A DNA stretch of 64,000 nt, taken from contig CAZUJN010000003.1 of the NCBI GenBank assembly GCA_964620475.1, positions 5,647 through 69,646 on the forward strand. Reading direction: 5' to 3'. The stretch is from an uncultured Candidatus Saccharibacteria bacterium (lineage in GTDB: Bacteria > Patescibacteriota > Minisyncoccia > Phycocordibacterales > CAIZLB01). Below, piece after piece: positions 28,447 through 38,249 of the stretch (positions are counted from its first letter, which is position 1; every line of letters begins with the position of its first letter). The position numbers and the translations under genes were made by a program. Below the pieces are notes generated by a model that searched no databases, was not told the origin of the DNA, and was given only the letters and a program-made list of their open reading frames with translations.

Positions 28447-28546
28447 AATTATAACAGTGATTATATCACATTAATTTATGCATAACACTGACATGAAAAA
28501 CCTTATCATTTCGACCCTTCTCGAGTGCTCGAACTAGTGCTCGACA

Positions 28547-28621
28547 TGGTGACCCCACGGAGAGTCGAACTCCGGTTAACAGATTGAGAACCTGCTGTCC
28601 TAACCACTAGACGATGGGGCC
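28547..28621 (-). tRNA. tRNA-Glu (anticodon CUC), CCA encoded
   Basis: GGCCCCAUCGUCUAGUGGUUAGGAC...; anticodon loop UUCUCAA; T-arm CGGAGUUCGACUCUCCG; acceptor pairs; 3' CCA. Confidence 0.75.
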
Positions 28622-28665
28622 TATACACAAGAATATATCACATTATTTTATAAATAAAAACCCCT

Positions 28666-29349
28666 TTATTTCCCCCAACTCTCTGCCACCTCATCCAAAT
28701 CATCAGCTCTAAAAGTATCATTATAAACTTTATGCAGCGGTGGTCGCATCAAATAAACCCTTCTATTTTTAGTATCAAATAAAACATTGTCATATAGATA
28801 ACCAACTGATTTTGGACCGACCACAACAGGCTTAAAACCAGAAACTTCTTCTATTTGCTGTGATAATTTTGATACTGTGTCTGTATATAAATAGCTAACC
28901 CCATCATCAGTATTACCACCAACTAAGATTATATCTATACTCCCATCTACACTTCTAGATTTTAGTTCCTCTAAACGTCTTTTTATATCATTATCAAAAT
29001 TTTTATTTTTATTTATAGTGAAACCGTCCTGATGAGTTAAAAACGATATATTGTTACCGGTATCTTTATCAGCACCAACAGCTATCACACTAGTACAACT
29101 ATATAATTCTGTTGTATATTTATTATCTTGACTTATATTTGATATAACATAACCTCTTTCATCATCTTGAAGAGAACTTCCTCCCTCAGACTCATTTTTA
29201 TAATAATCCACACGTTCTGCCATACCCATCAAAGAATCATCATAATGATCTACATCATCAACACATATCATAATAGATTCAAAACCTGAAGCTAAATGCT
29301 CAGGTTTTAAATTATTGATTCTTTTTTCTATAGGGTTTGGATTTTCCAT
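28666..29349 (-). CDS. Hypothetical protein
   Basis: 227-aa ORF; no motif recognised. Confidence 0.55.
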   Translation of the reverse strand: MENPNPIEKRINNLKPEHLASGFESIMICVDDVDHYDDSLMGMAERVDYYKNESEGGSSLQDDERGYVISNISQDNKYTTELYSCTSVIAVGADKDTGNNISFLTHQDGFTINKNKNFDNDIKRRLEELKSRSVDGSIDIILVGGNTDDGVSYLYTDTVSKLSQQIEEVSGFKPVVVGPKSVGYLYDNVLFDTKNRRVYLMRPPLHKVYNDTFRADDLDEVAESWGK

Positions 29350-29350
29350 T

Positions 29351-30040
29351 TTACTTCAACAAAAACCTTAAAGTCGACACAACTCTAATCTTCTTATATT
29401 CAGGTGATCCTGGATCTTTATCTGTTATATCAAATACACCTTGATTTCCTCTTGTTACCGGACCAAGACTGGCACGAGATTCTTTAGCGAAACTTTTGGC
29501 TGTATCTTTAGCATTTTTTATACTCTCAGCCAACATCTCTGGTTTAACACTGTTTATATCTGAAAATTCAAAATTAATATTATTTTGATTTAAAGTAACA
29601 CCTCTCTTAACCAAAGTTAAAGTTTCTTTAGATGTTGATTTTACAAGATCAACTTTATTTGTATAAACAGACAATTGATTTGTCGCATTATATCTAAATG
29701 ATGCATCTTTATATGTATCTTGATAAATATTTATCGGAGCAACATTGATTTCACTATCTTCAAATCCTTTTTCCTTTAGAAAAGCTTTTATGGTGTTAAT
29801 ACTTCTTTCTGTATCAGCATATAACCCATCTATATCATTGGACTTTATATCAAAGTTGAGTGTCCATATAGCTGTATCAGCTTTAACGATCTTTTCTGAT
29901 AAACCTTTTACTTCTACATAAGCACCTTGATCAGAAAAAGATTTTGCTGAAACTAAAAATATTAAAGAGAAAAATACTATCACCGCACCTATAATGGTCG
30001 CTAATAATAATGTATTGTTGTTTTTGATTTTATCTAACAT
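29351..30040 (-). CDS. SIMPL/DUF541 family periplasmic protein
   Basis: TM/signal followed by a SIMPL-like pattern. Start moved to MLDKIKNN because the longer ORF would overlap tRNA-Thr. Confidence 0.65.
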   Translation of the reverse strand: MLDKIKNNNTLLLATIIGAVIVFFSLIFLVSAKSFSDQGAYVEVKGLSEKIVKADTAIWTLNFDIKSNDIDGLYADTERSINTIKAFLKEKGFEDSEINVAPINIYQDTYKDASFRYNATNQLSVYTNKVDLVKSTSKETLTLVKRGVTLNQNNINFEFSDINSVKPEMLAESIKNAKDTAKSFAKESRASLGPVTRGNQGVFDITDKDPGSPEYKKIRVVSTLRFLLK

Positions 30041-30064
30041 AGATATATTATACACCTCTATATG

Positions 30065-30137
30065 AGCCCCGCACAAGAATCGAACTTGCGACCTGCTCGT
30101 TACGAGTGAGCTGCTCTACCAACTGAGCTAACGGGGC
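30065..30137 (-). tRNA. tRNA-Thr (anticodon CGU)
   Basis: GCCCCGUUAGCUCAGUUGGUAGAGC...; loop CUCGUAA; T-loop UUCGAUU; one A-C mismatch at 31-39. Confidence 0.7.
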
Positions 30138-30151
30138 ATTTTCTTACAAGA

Positions 30152-30901
30152 TTATCTCATCTTATAGAAAATCTTGTCCATAAATCTAATATCAACATAA
30201 TCCAGAGCATTTAGATTTTCTTCATATTTATTCAAGAAAAAATTCATGTTTCTCATAGTCGTCGTGGCGTTATTAAGTGCCTTAATATCAAAACCATATT
30301 CTGTATTCATGGCCAACTCTTCACCATCTATCAAAACTTTCTTAATCTTATTCTTACTTAAGAATGATACAAAGTCATCTTCTATACACATATTTAAACA
30401 AGGAACTTTATCATAAAAATTCAAACTTTGAGTATTATCTTTTATACCCCAAACCGTAAACACGGCCCCAGTAAATTCAAAACTTTTTTTAAAAAGTATC
30501 CCCTCATCATCAAAGAAGAAACAATTTTGATCGCACCAAACACCGGTTGCTTTTCTGTCTTTAATCTTTATAACTATTTCTTTTTCAAAATTTTTATCTA
30601 TATAAACTTCTTCAACAGATGGATAAGTATTCAATATAAAATTTTTCAATTTCTTCTTTGATAAGAATAATATATGATCATTGGGTATGATAAACAACTG
30701 CTTCTTACTTAAAAAACTATCTATATCAGCCTTTAATTGATTAACATCCGTATGTTTAGCATTTAACACATCGACTTTTTTTATTTTCCAGACATTTGCA
30801 TATATAACCCAAAGAGTGAGAGATAAAACAACTATCGTAAATATTACAGATAGTATTTTATATAAAGTTTTTCCTTTTTTACTTGATGATTTTAACGCCA
30901 T
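30152..30901 (-). CDS. FtsQ/DivIB-like cell division protein (POTRA domain); tentative
   Basis: N-terminal TM, then an alternating hydrophobic POTRA-like pattern (IKKVDVLNAKH...VEEVYIDKNF...IKIKDRKATGVW). Confidence 0.4.
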   Translation of the reverse strand: MALKSSSKKGKTLYKILSVIFTIVVLSLTLWVIYANVWKIKKVDVLNAKHTDVNQLKADIDSFLSKKQLFIIPNDHILFLSKKKLKNFILNTYPSVEEVYIDKNFEKEIVIKIKDRKATGVWCDQNCFFFDDEGILFKKSFEFTGAVFTVWGIKDNTQSLNFYDKVPCLNMCIEDDFVSFLSKNKIKKVLIDGEELAMNTEYGFDIKALNNATTTMRNMNFFLNKYEENLNALDYVDIRFMDKIFYKMR

Positions 30902-32153
30902 TCATGTATGGAACAAGAACTTCTGGCACTATTATAGAACCATCCTCTTGTTGATTATTTTCTAATATACTAACAAGAACTCTGGGTGTAGCAATAGCTG
31001 TATTATTCAATGAGTGAGCAAATTTTAATTTACCGTCCTCATCTTTATATCGGATATTCAATCTTCTGGTTTGAAAATCATGGAAATATGAAGCTGAATG
31101 TGTCTCTCTATAAGTATTTTGACTTGGAACCCATGCTTCTATATCGTATTTCTTAACATGACCTAAACCTATATCTGCAGTACACATAAGTATAACACGA
31201 TATGGTAGATTTAGTGATTGCATTAAATCTTCTGTATTTTTCAAAAGCTCTTCATGAAAATCAACAGACAAATTATGACTAGCTTCACATAATATAACTT
31301 GTTCAAGTTTGAAAAATTCATGAACACGTATCAAGCCCTTTGTATCCTTACTATGACTTCCGGCCTCTCTACGAAAACATGGAGAAAATGCGATGATCTT
31401 TTTTGGTAATTCTGACTTATCTAGAACCTCACCAGCATAATAACTCATAGTAGCGACTTCACCTGTACCAGCAAGATAATCACCGTCCTGTGTTTTATAT
31501 AAATCATCTTCACCTTGTGGTATATATCCTGTACCTAATAAAGTCTCACGGCGAACTAGAGATGGAACTATCATCGGATTATAACCACGGTTTATAAGAA
31601 AATTCATAGTATATTGCCATAATGCAAATTCAAGTTGAGCTAAAGCACCTTTTAATATATAGCCACGGAAACCTGATATCTTCGCACCTCTTTCAAAATC
31701 AGCAATGTCTAATTTTTCACAAAGTTCTATGTGATTTTTTGGAGTAAATGAAAATTGTGGAATCTCTCCCCATGTACGAAGCTCTTGATTATCATCCTCA
31801 CTCTCACCTTCTGGAACAGACATGTCTGGAATGTTTGGAACCTGCAACATAAGTTCTTGCCAAGTTTTCATCACTTCACCTAACTCCTCCTCTTCTTTTT
31901 TTATCTCACCTTTCAAAACAGTCATCTGTTGTATCAATTCTTCTTTTTGATAATTTGATCCAAGATGTTGTGGATTTGCAATAAAAAGACTCATTTTGTT
32001 TTGCTCAGCCTTTTTGTTTTCAATACTTGTCAATAAAGTTTTTCTTTTATCATCAGCCTCTATCAAGGACTCAACTTCAAAAGAGAATCTCTTTTTTCTA
32101 GCAGCTTCCTTTATAAGATCTTTATGCTCTCTGATGAATTTGATATCTAACAT
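30879..32153 (-). CDS. serS: Seryl-tRNA synthetase
   Basis: N-terminal coiled-coil arm; class II motifs (FRREAGS, GLGHVKKYDIEAWVP). Confidence 0.9.
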   Translation of the reverse strand: MLDIKFIREHKDLIKEAARKKRFSFEVESLIEADDKRKTLLTSIENKKAEQNKMSLFIANPQHLGSNYQKEELIQQMTVLKGEIKKEEEELGEVMKTWQELMLQVPNIPDMSVPEGESEDDNQELRTWGEIPQFSFTPKNHIELCEKLDIADFERGAKISGFRGYILKGALAQLEFALWQYTMNFLINRGYNPMIVPSLVRRETLLGTGYIPQGEDDLYKTQDGDYLAGTGEVATMSYYAGEVLDKSELPKKIIAFSPCFRREAGSHSKDTKGLIRVHEFFKLEQVILCEASHNLSVDFHEELLKNTEDLMQSLNLPYRVILMCTADIGLGHVKKYDIEAWVPSQNTYRETHSASYFHDFQTRRLNIRYKDEDGKLKFAHSLNNTAIATPRVLVSILENNQQEDGSIIVPEVLVPYMNGVKIIK

Positions 32154-32237
32154 GATTTTATTCTTTATATTTTCTTTATGGTTTTTTTATATAGTCTTTA
32201 TGAGAATATGATAACAGAAAAGCTATGATATTTCTAT

Positions 32238-32939
32238 ATGAATACAATAGAAAATATAGAACAATTAAATGATTTAATCAACAACATACCCGATAAGCCC
32301 TCTAGATTATTTTATGAAGGCAATATCGATTTACTAAAAGATAAACACATATTCGTATGTATAGTTGGTCCCAGAAAGGCCTCCCCTTATGGCATACAAG
32401 TCACAGAGTATATTATAGAGTTCTTAAAAGATTTTAACGTTGTTACAGTTTCAGGAGCTGCATATGGTATAGATGGATTAGTTCACACCTTATCTATTAA
32501 AAACAATATTCCAACCATTGCTATACCTGGCAGTGGTATAAGTGATGATTATTTTTATCCTAGAGCACATCTTGATCTCAAACATGAGATTTTAGATCAT
32601 GGCGGACTTATCATAAATGAATTCGAGCCTGACACCCGTTCAAGTATATGGACTTTTCCTGTTAGAAATAGATTGATGGCCGGCATGTCACATATCACTA
32701 TAGTCATAGAAGCTGAAGAAAAATCAGGCACGCTTATAACAGCTAACTTAGCGACGGATTATAATCGCGAAGTTTTAGCTATACCTGGAAATATATTCTC
32801 TAGAAACTCTCAGGGTACAAATAGTTTGATAGATAAAGGCGCAAAAGTTTTTGTAAATATAGAAACATTGAGAGAAATGATTATGCAGCTTGGGGTTGTG
32901 TACGGGGTTGACGTGGGTAAAAAAGATGTTAATATTTAA
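32238..32939 (+). CDS. dprA: DNA processing protein DprA (Rossmann domain only)
   Basis: GAAYGIDG, RNRLMAGMS, EKSGTLITANLATDYNREVLAIPG, GTNSLIDKGA. Confidence 0.8.
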   Translation: MNTIENIEQLNDLINNIPDKPSRLFYEGNIDLLKDKHIFVCIVGPRKASPYGIQVTEYIIEFLKDFNVVTVSGAAYGIDGLVHTLSIKNNIPTIAIPGSGISDDYFYPRAHLDLKHEILDHGGLIINEFEPDTRSSIWTFPVRNRLMAGMSHITIVIEAEEKSGTLITANLATDYNREVLAIPGNIFSRNSQGTNSLIDKGAKVFVNIETLREMIMQLGVVYGVDVGKKDVNI

Positions 32940-32940
32940 C

Positions 32941-33060
32941 ATGCAGGCCATGATAGGTCCTGTGGTTCACTGCTGAAAGTCCTCGGTCGTGGCTGGTAAC
33001 CACGACCGAGGCATGCAGACCAGATTCCGTTTTTATACGGGTCTTTTTTATTTATATATT
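32941..33060 (+). repeat. GC-rich hairpin element A (12-bp perfect stem), doubling as the dprA terminator
   Basis: AAAGUCCUCGGUCGUGG-cugguaa-CCACGACCGAGGC, then a weaker hairpin plus T6. Shares the AAAGTCCTCGG..CCGAGGC frame with element B. Confidence 0.45.
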
Positions 33061-33093
33061 TATGATATTGTGAAGTTGTTAAACATTTTCAAC

Positions 33094-33450
33094 ATGAAAC
33101 CACACCTGAATATTGGAGTTATTGGTGGATTATCAACTCTAAGCCGACCACTTTTATCAGAATTAATTCTAGCTGCGGCCGCGAGAGAATTTCCGGATAA
33201 AGAGGTAAAAATCAACTGGATAGAACCCGAAGACCACGAAAAACTTCTTGAGAAAATTTTTCCCGAAGAGAAAGTCCGTCTCGAATACGAAATCACCGGG
33301 GGTATACCAGTGTTCGAAGGACTAGTACCTATCACATCGAAAAACCCACCAGTCCGGTCCAACTTCTATTTTCAAAAACCCAGAAAAAGTCAAAGATTTC
33401 AACAAGACCCAAAGTCCATTAAACTCAAGGCCAAACACCGTAAGCCTTGA
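33094..33450 (+). CDS. Hypothetical protein (about 118 aa from MKPHLNIGVIGG)
   Basis: The ORF has moderately higher GC; the stop codon overlaps the downstream -35 box. Confidence 0.4.
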   Translation: MKPHLNIGVIGGLSTLSRPLLSELILAAAAREFPDKEVKINWIEPEDHEKLLEKIFPEEKVRLEYEITGGIPVFEGLVPITSKNPPVRSNFYFQKPRKSQRFQQDPKSIKLKAKHRKP

Positions 33451-33479
33451 CTTTATGGGTCTGGTGTGATACCATCCTA

Positions 33480-33605
33480 TACGTAAGCGACCCGAGTCAA
33501 CGGCACGGGCGCTTCATGTAAGGGTTAAAAGTCCTCGGACCGGCAAGGGTGTGCACGGTCCGAGGCGACCCCTCACAAAACCTCCATTGGAGGTCTTTTT
33601 TTATT
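33480..33605 (+). ncRNA. GC-rich hairpin element B: candidate small RNA or topA leader element
   Basis: TTGACT-17-TACCAT at 33447-33475; AAAGUCCUCGGACCG-gcaagggugugca-CGGUCCGAGGC; terminator CCUCCAuuGGAGG plus T7 at 33583-33603. Confidence 0.3.
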
Positions 33606-33661
33606 ACCCAAACTTATCCCCAATTTGCAACACTCTATATATATATGTTATGACTATATGC

Positions 33662-35851
33662 ATGAGTAAACATTTAGTCATAGTGGAGTCACCATCAAAG
33701 ATCAAAAAACTAGAAGGGTTCTTGGATAAGGACTATATAGTTATGTCTTCAGTTGGTCATATCAGGGACCTACCTAAGTCAAACAAAAAAGCTATAGATA
33801 TAGAAGGTGGCTTTATTCCCCATTATGAGACCTCAAAAGGCAAAGAGAAGGTTATAAAAGATTTACAAAATGCTTTACATAAAGTTGATGACGTTTACCT
33901 TGCTTCCGATCCGGACCGTGAAGGTGAAGCTATAGCATGGCATCTAAAAGAAGCTTTGGGTCTAAAGAAACCAAAACGTATAACTTACAACGAGATCACC
34001 AAAGAGGCAGTATTAGATGCCATTAAAAACCCTAGAGATATAGATATGAATCTTTTCCGTGCTCAAGAAGCACGTCGTGTCTTGGACCGTTTGGTAGGAT
34101 ATGATTTATCAGGTTTGATTTGGAAAAAGGTTCGTTATGGTTTATCGGCAGGACGTGTTCAATCACCTGCACTTCGTATCATCATGGAACGTGAAAGAGA
34201 GATCAGAGCTTTTATACCAGAAGCATATTATGTTATATATGCAAATCTTTCTACACAAGATAATAAAAAAGAAGTTTTAAAATTTACATGTAATGAAGAA
34301 ATAAAAGATAAAGACAGAGCCGAAGAAATAATCAAGAAATCTGAAAATAAAAAAGATGATTGGTATGTTGTTGATATACAAAGTTCTGAAGTTAAAAGGT
34401 CTGCTCGTCCCCCATTTATTACTTCAACACTTCAACAAACAGCATCAACACGTTTAGGTTTTTCACCTTCTAGAACTATGCGTGCTGCACAAAAACTATA
34501 TGAGCACGGTGCTATAACATATATGAGAACAGATAGTACAAACTTGAGTAAACAAGCTATGGCCCAGATTGCTCAATTTGTGACAAAAAATTATGATGCA
34601 AAATATTTAGAAGTCAAAAACTTTGCTTCAAAAGTTAAAAATGCTCAAGAGGCCCATGAAGCTATTAGACCTTCTGATATTTTCAAAATAACCGCTGGAT
34701 CTACAGATGATGAGAAAAAACTTTATAGATTGATACACAATAGAACTGTTGCCTCTCAGATGTCTGATGCGTTAACTCTACGTACAAAAATAATTACATC
34801 TATCAAAAATTATGAGAAAGAAAATTTTCCAGAGTTCAATCTTAATGGTTCTAGAATAATATTTGACGGTTGGCTAAAAGCCGATCCTGATTCTCAAGGT
34901 GAAGAAGTTGCTGTTCCTAAAATAGACAAAGGTGCGGATCTGAACTTTATAGATATAGAAAATATTGAAAAATTCACTGAGCCGCCAAGTCGTTATACTG
35001 AGGCCGGACTTATTAAAGAACTTGATAAGAGAGGTATAGGACGTCCTTCCACTTTTGCATCCATCATGAGAACCCTCGAAGAAAGAGCTTATGTTGAAAA
35101 GGTTGGTCGTACACTTAAACCAACAGATACAGGAGATGTTGTATCTAGTTTCTTGGAGGAAAATTTTGCTGATTATATTAGTGACTCATTCACATCAGAG
35201 ATGGAAGATAAGCTTGATCTTATATCAAACGGTGAAGCAAAATATCTTGATACATTAAAAGATTTTTATGGACCATTTTCAAAAGATGTAAAATCAAAAT
35301 CAAATACTGCTAAGATTACAAATCTAGGTGATTCTCATTTTAAATGTCCAAAATGTGGAGGAGATATGACTGTTAAATTATCTAAAAATGGTAAATTCTT
35401 ATCTTGTTCCCGTTTTCCAGAATGTGATGGCGCATTAACAATAGACGGTGTTGAAATAAAAGCTGATGAACCTATAGGTGTTGATCCTGAAAGTAAACTT
35501 CCCATATTTGTTAAAACAGGTCGATTCGGTCCTTATGTGCAACTTGGTGAAAAAACTAAGGAAAATAAAAAACCTCGTATGGCTTCAATACCAAAAGAAG
35601 TAGATATATCAAATGTGACAGTTGAGCAAGCATTAACTTACCTTTCATTACCAAGAACACTTGGTATCAATCCCACAAACAATAAAGAGGTTATCGCCAA
35701 TAAAGGACGTTTTGGTCCATACGTTGGATGTGATGGAGACTTTAGATCATTGAAGACTGACGATGTTTATACAGTTACATTAGAACGTGCACTTGAGATC
35801 TTAAATACACCGAAAAAACCGAGAGGGTTTCAGAAGAAAGCGACTGCATAA
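33662..35851 (+). CDS. topA: DNA topoisomerase I
   Basis: Toprim IVESPSKIKK..., catalytic Tyr region, C-terminal zinc ribbon CPKCGG...CSRFPEC; start at MSKHLVIVESP. Confidence 0.9.
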   Translation: MSKHLVIVESPSKIKKLEGFLDKDYIVMSSVGHIRDLPKSNKKAIDIEGGFIPHYETSKGKEKVIKDLQNALHKVDDVYLASDPDREGEAIAWHLKEALGLKKPKRITYNEITKEAVLDAIKNPRDIDMNLFRAQEARRVLDRLVGYDLSGLIWKKVRYGLSAGRVQSPALRIIMEREREIRAFIPEAYYVIYANLSTQDNKKEVLKFTCNEEIKDKDRAEEIIKKSENKKDDWYVVDIQSSEVKRSARPPFITSTLQQTASTRLGFSPSRTMRAAQKLYEHGAITYMRTDSTNLSKQAMAQIAQFVTKNYDAKYLEVKNFASKVKNAQEAHEAIRPSDIFKITAGSTDDEKKLYRLIHNRTVASQMSDALTLRTKIITSIKNYEKENFPEFNLNGSRIIFDGWLKADPDSQGEEVAVPKIDKGADLNFIDIENIEKFTEPPSRYTEAGLIKELDKRGIGRPSTFASIMRTLEERAYVEKVGRTLKPTDTGDVVSSFLEENFADYISDSFTSEMEDKLDLISNGEAKYLDTLKDFYGPFSKDVKSKSNTAKITNLGDSHFKCPKCGGDMTVKLSKNGKFLSCSRFPECDGALTIDGVEIKADEPIGVDPESKLPIFVKTGRFGPYVQLGEKTKENKKPRMASIPKEVDISNVTVEQALTYLSLPRTLGINPTNNKEVIANKGRFGPYVGCDGDFRSLKTDDVYTVTLERALEILNTPKKPRGFQKKATA

Positions 35852-35899
35852 TAAAAAATAAGTCATTCTTTTTTGAATGACCTTATTTTTTATAAGATC

Positions 35900-36889
35900 T
35901 TACACAGAGAAATTCATCACACTATATATTTCCTGATCTTCTTCTTTATCCTGTTCAGTGGTTTCAATAGTTATAACATCACCATTTTCATTTACCAAGA
36001 CTTCCGCCCTACTTGTATCGTGTTCTGCATCCAGCTGTTCACTTTGCTCATTTTGAAGTTTATCAAGTATTTTTTTAAGATCCACTAGATCATAATAATC
36101 TATAGTAATCTTTCCACCATGTTCTTTTGTCTCTATATGAACTTTTGTACCTAGAACTTCATTAAATTTATGTTCAAATTCTATTATTTCAGGATTTAAT
36201 TCTTTTTCTTTCTTTCTTGCTCTATCTTTAGCAATACGGCGCGCGATCATTTCTGATTCACGAACATTAAGCTTACGAAGAAGTATGTCTTGAAATAAAG
36301 CCTCTTGTTCTTCTGGTCTATCGCTCAACATCAAGAGTGGACGTGTATGGCCTTCTGTTATCCTCTTTTCACCCAAAGCTTGCAGCATATGATCTGGAAG
36401 ATTTAAAAGTCTCATACTGTTTGTTACATATTCACGACTTTTACCCATCTTCTCAGCCACTTCAGCATGTTTAAAGCCAAACTCTTTTACAAGTTGCTCA
36501 AAAGCCTTAGCTCTATCTATAACATTAAGATCTTCTCTTTGTATATTTTCTATAATAGCGAGCTCAAGTTTTGTCCTTGCATCTTCCTCTTTGGCACGAA
36601 TAATAGCTGGAATTTGAGTCAAATTAGCAAGCTTGGCTGCACGTGTACGACGTTCGCCAGATATGAGTTCATAATGAACAGCCAACCCACCATCTTCCTT
36701 CAAAGTCTCAACACGAGTAACAGTTATAGGCTGAAGTAAACCATACATACGTATAGATTCTGATAAATCTTGAAGTGCAACAGGATCAAAATCCCTTCTG
36801 GGTTGATATGGGTTTGGTTTTATTTTATCTACATCTATCCAAAAGATAGCATCGCTATAGTATTGTGACATATGTTTGTATATTAACAT
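35900..36889 (-). CDS. parB: Chromosome partitioning protein ParB/Spo0J
   Basis: GERRTRAAKLA ParB box; HTH region; C-terminal dimerisation domain. Confidence 0.85.
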   Translation of the reverse strand: MLIYKHMSQYYSDAIFWIDVDKIKPNPYQPRRDFDPVALQDLSESIRMYGLLQPITVTRVETLKEDGGLAVHYELISGERRTRAAKLANLTQIPAIIRAKEEDARTKLELAIIENIQREDLNVIDRAKAFEQLVKEFGFKHAEVAEKMGKSREYVTNSMRLLNLPDHMLQALGEKRITEGHTRPLLMLSDRPEEQEALFQDILLRKLNVRESEMIARRIAKDRARKKEKELNPEIIEFEHKFNEVLGTKVHIETKEHGGKITIDYYDLVDLKKILDKLQNEQSEQLDAEHDTSRAEVLVNENGDVITIETTEQDKEEDQEIYSVMNFSV

Positions 36890-36968
36890 ATTCTTTTATA
36901 AAATTTTATATTTTCTTTATAAAAAATTTATGTTCGATTATACTTGACAACTTTGATATACTAAAAAC

Positions 36969-37667
36969 ATGACATCATTATTATATATATCTATATTGGC
37001 TTTTTCATCGACATTATTGGGTGGTTATGTGGCATTTAAATACAAAAAATTAATACATATATTCTCTGGATTAACCGCCGGTACATTACTTGGATTAATA
37101 TTCTTAGAAATAATTCCAGAAGTCACAGAATTAAATAATTCTCCATTTATATTATTATCTGTTATATCTGGATTTATTATTTTTCATATATTAGAAAAAA
37201 TATTTTCATTGCACAATCATCATGAGGATGATCATACAGGACATCATCATTTAAATTCTAAGAAAATAGGAGCTTGGGCTTTGATACTGCATTCTATGTT
37301 TGACGGTATAGCCATAGGTTTAGCATATATAATATCGCCTATATTTGGATTAATGATTGCTATTGGAGTTATCGCACATGATTTCTCTGATGGATTTAAT
37401 ACTGTTAGCTTAAGTCATTCTAAGAGATTATTATTTTTAGACGCTGTCGCACCGGTTGTTGGAATATTAATCGGTTTAATATTTGAATTTCCAGATAAAA
37501 TATTGGGTATCGTATTTGGTATATTTGCTGGGGTATTATTATATGTTTCTACGTCAGACATATTACCGGAAGCACATTGTGATAATAAAAAACACATGGC
37601 GCAAAACTTAATAGCCATGATACTTGGGGTACTATACATATCACTAATAGTTTATCTAAGTAAATAA
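36969..37667 (+). CDS. ZIP family metal (zinc) transporter
   Basis: 8 TM; His-rich loop HHEDDHTGHHH; HDFSDGF motif. Confidence 0.8.
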   Translation: MTSLLYISILAFSSTLLGGYVAFKYKKLIHIFSGLTAGTLLGLIFLEIIPEVTELNNSPFILLSVISGFIIFHILEKIFSLHNHHEDDHTGHHHLNSKKIGAWALILHSMFDGIAIGLAYIISPIFGLMIAIGVIAHDFSDGFNTVSLSHSKRLLFLDAVAPVVGILIGLIFEFPDKILGIVFGIFAGVLLYVSTSDILPEAHCDNKKHMAQNLIAMILGVLYISLIVYLSK

Positions 37668-37823
37668 AAAAAATGGGTCGCCACGCTGTCATCACGCGCG
37701 GCAACCCTGTAGGACACCCTTCTTTCCCCCCGGATTTCCCAGATGTCCACGTTTTTTATACTACAACCACCGACCCCCAATGTCAACTTCTCTATACCCT
37801 TTACAAATACTACAATTATATTC

Positions 37824-38249
37824 ATGATTAAATTCATACAAAAAAACATAATAAATATTATATTAATTCAAGTTACTGTGGCTATAATAGGTAGTCTATA
37901 TTTTAGTGATATAAAAGGATATGAACCATGTGTTCTCTGTTGGTATCAAAGAATATGCATGTATGCTTTGTTCCCTATTATAATTATCGCCGGGATAAGA
38001 AAAGAGAAAAAAATATACCAATATATATTACCTATTTCTATATTAGGTTGGATTATAGCCTTGTATCACAATTTACTTTATACAGGTTTTATAAAAATAG
38101 AATTTTGTACTACTGGAATATCATGTACTACAAAATACGTAGAATATCTAGGATTTATAACAATACCTTTTATGTCTTTTTTGGGTTTTACTTTTATAAT
38201 CATACTCGCATTATTAGACAGATATTATTCAATTAAATTAAATAAATAA
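37824..38249 (+). CDS. Disulfide bond formation protein B (BdbC/DsbB family)
   Basis: GYEPCVLCWYQRICMY closely matches the B. subtilis BdbC CxxC region; 4 TM. Confidence 0.7.
   Translation: MIKFIQKNIINIILIQVTVAIIGSLYFSDIKGYEPCVLCWYQRICMYALFPIIIIAGIRKEKKIYQYILPISILGWIIALYHNLLYTGFIKIEFCTTGISCTTKYVEYLGFITIPFMSFLGFTFIIILALLDRYYSIKLNK

Larger units (their letters stand above)
20230..28546. mobile_element. Putative integrated element / defence island next to tRNA-Glu; it may extend left to about 17290
   Basis: Large serine recombinase, phage-type ParB-methyltransferase, terminase-small-like HTH, and an R-M plus RloC-like operon, ending at the 3' end of tRNA-Glu. Short GACCCTTCTCG / ACCCTT..GGTATAAAAA motifs recur at 17384, 20394 and 28514. 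Confidence 0.35.
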
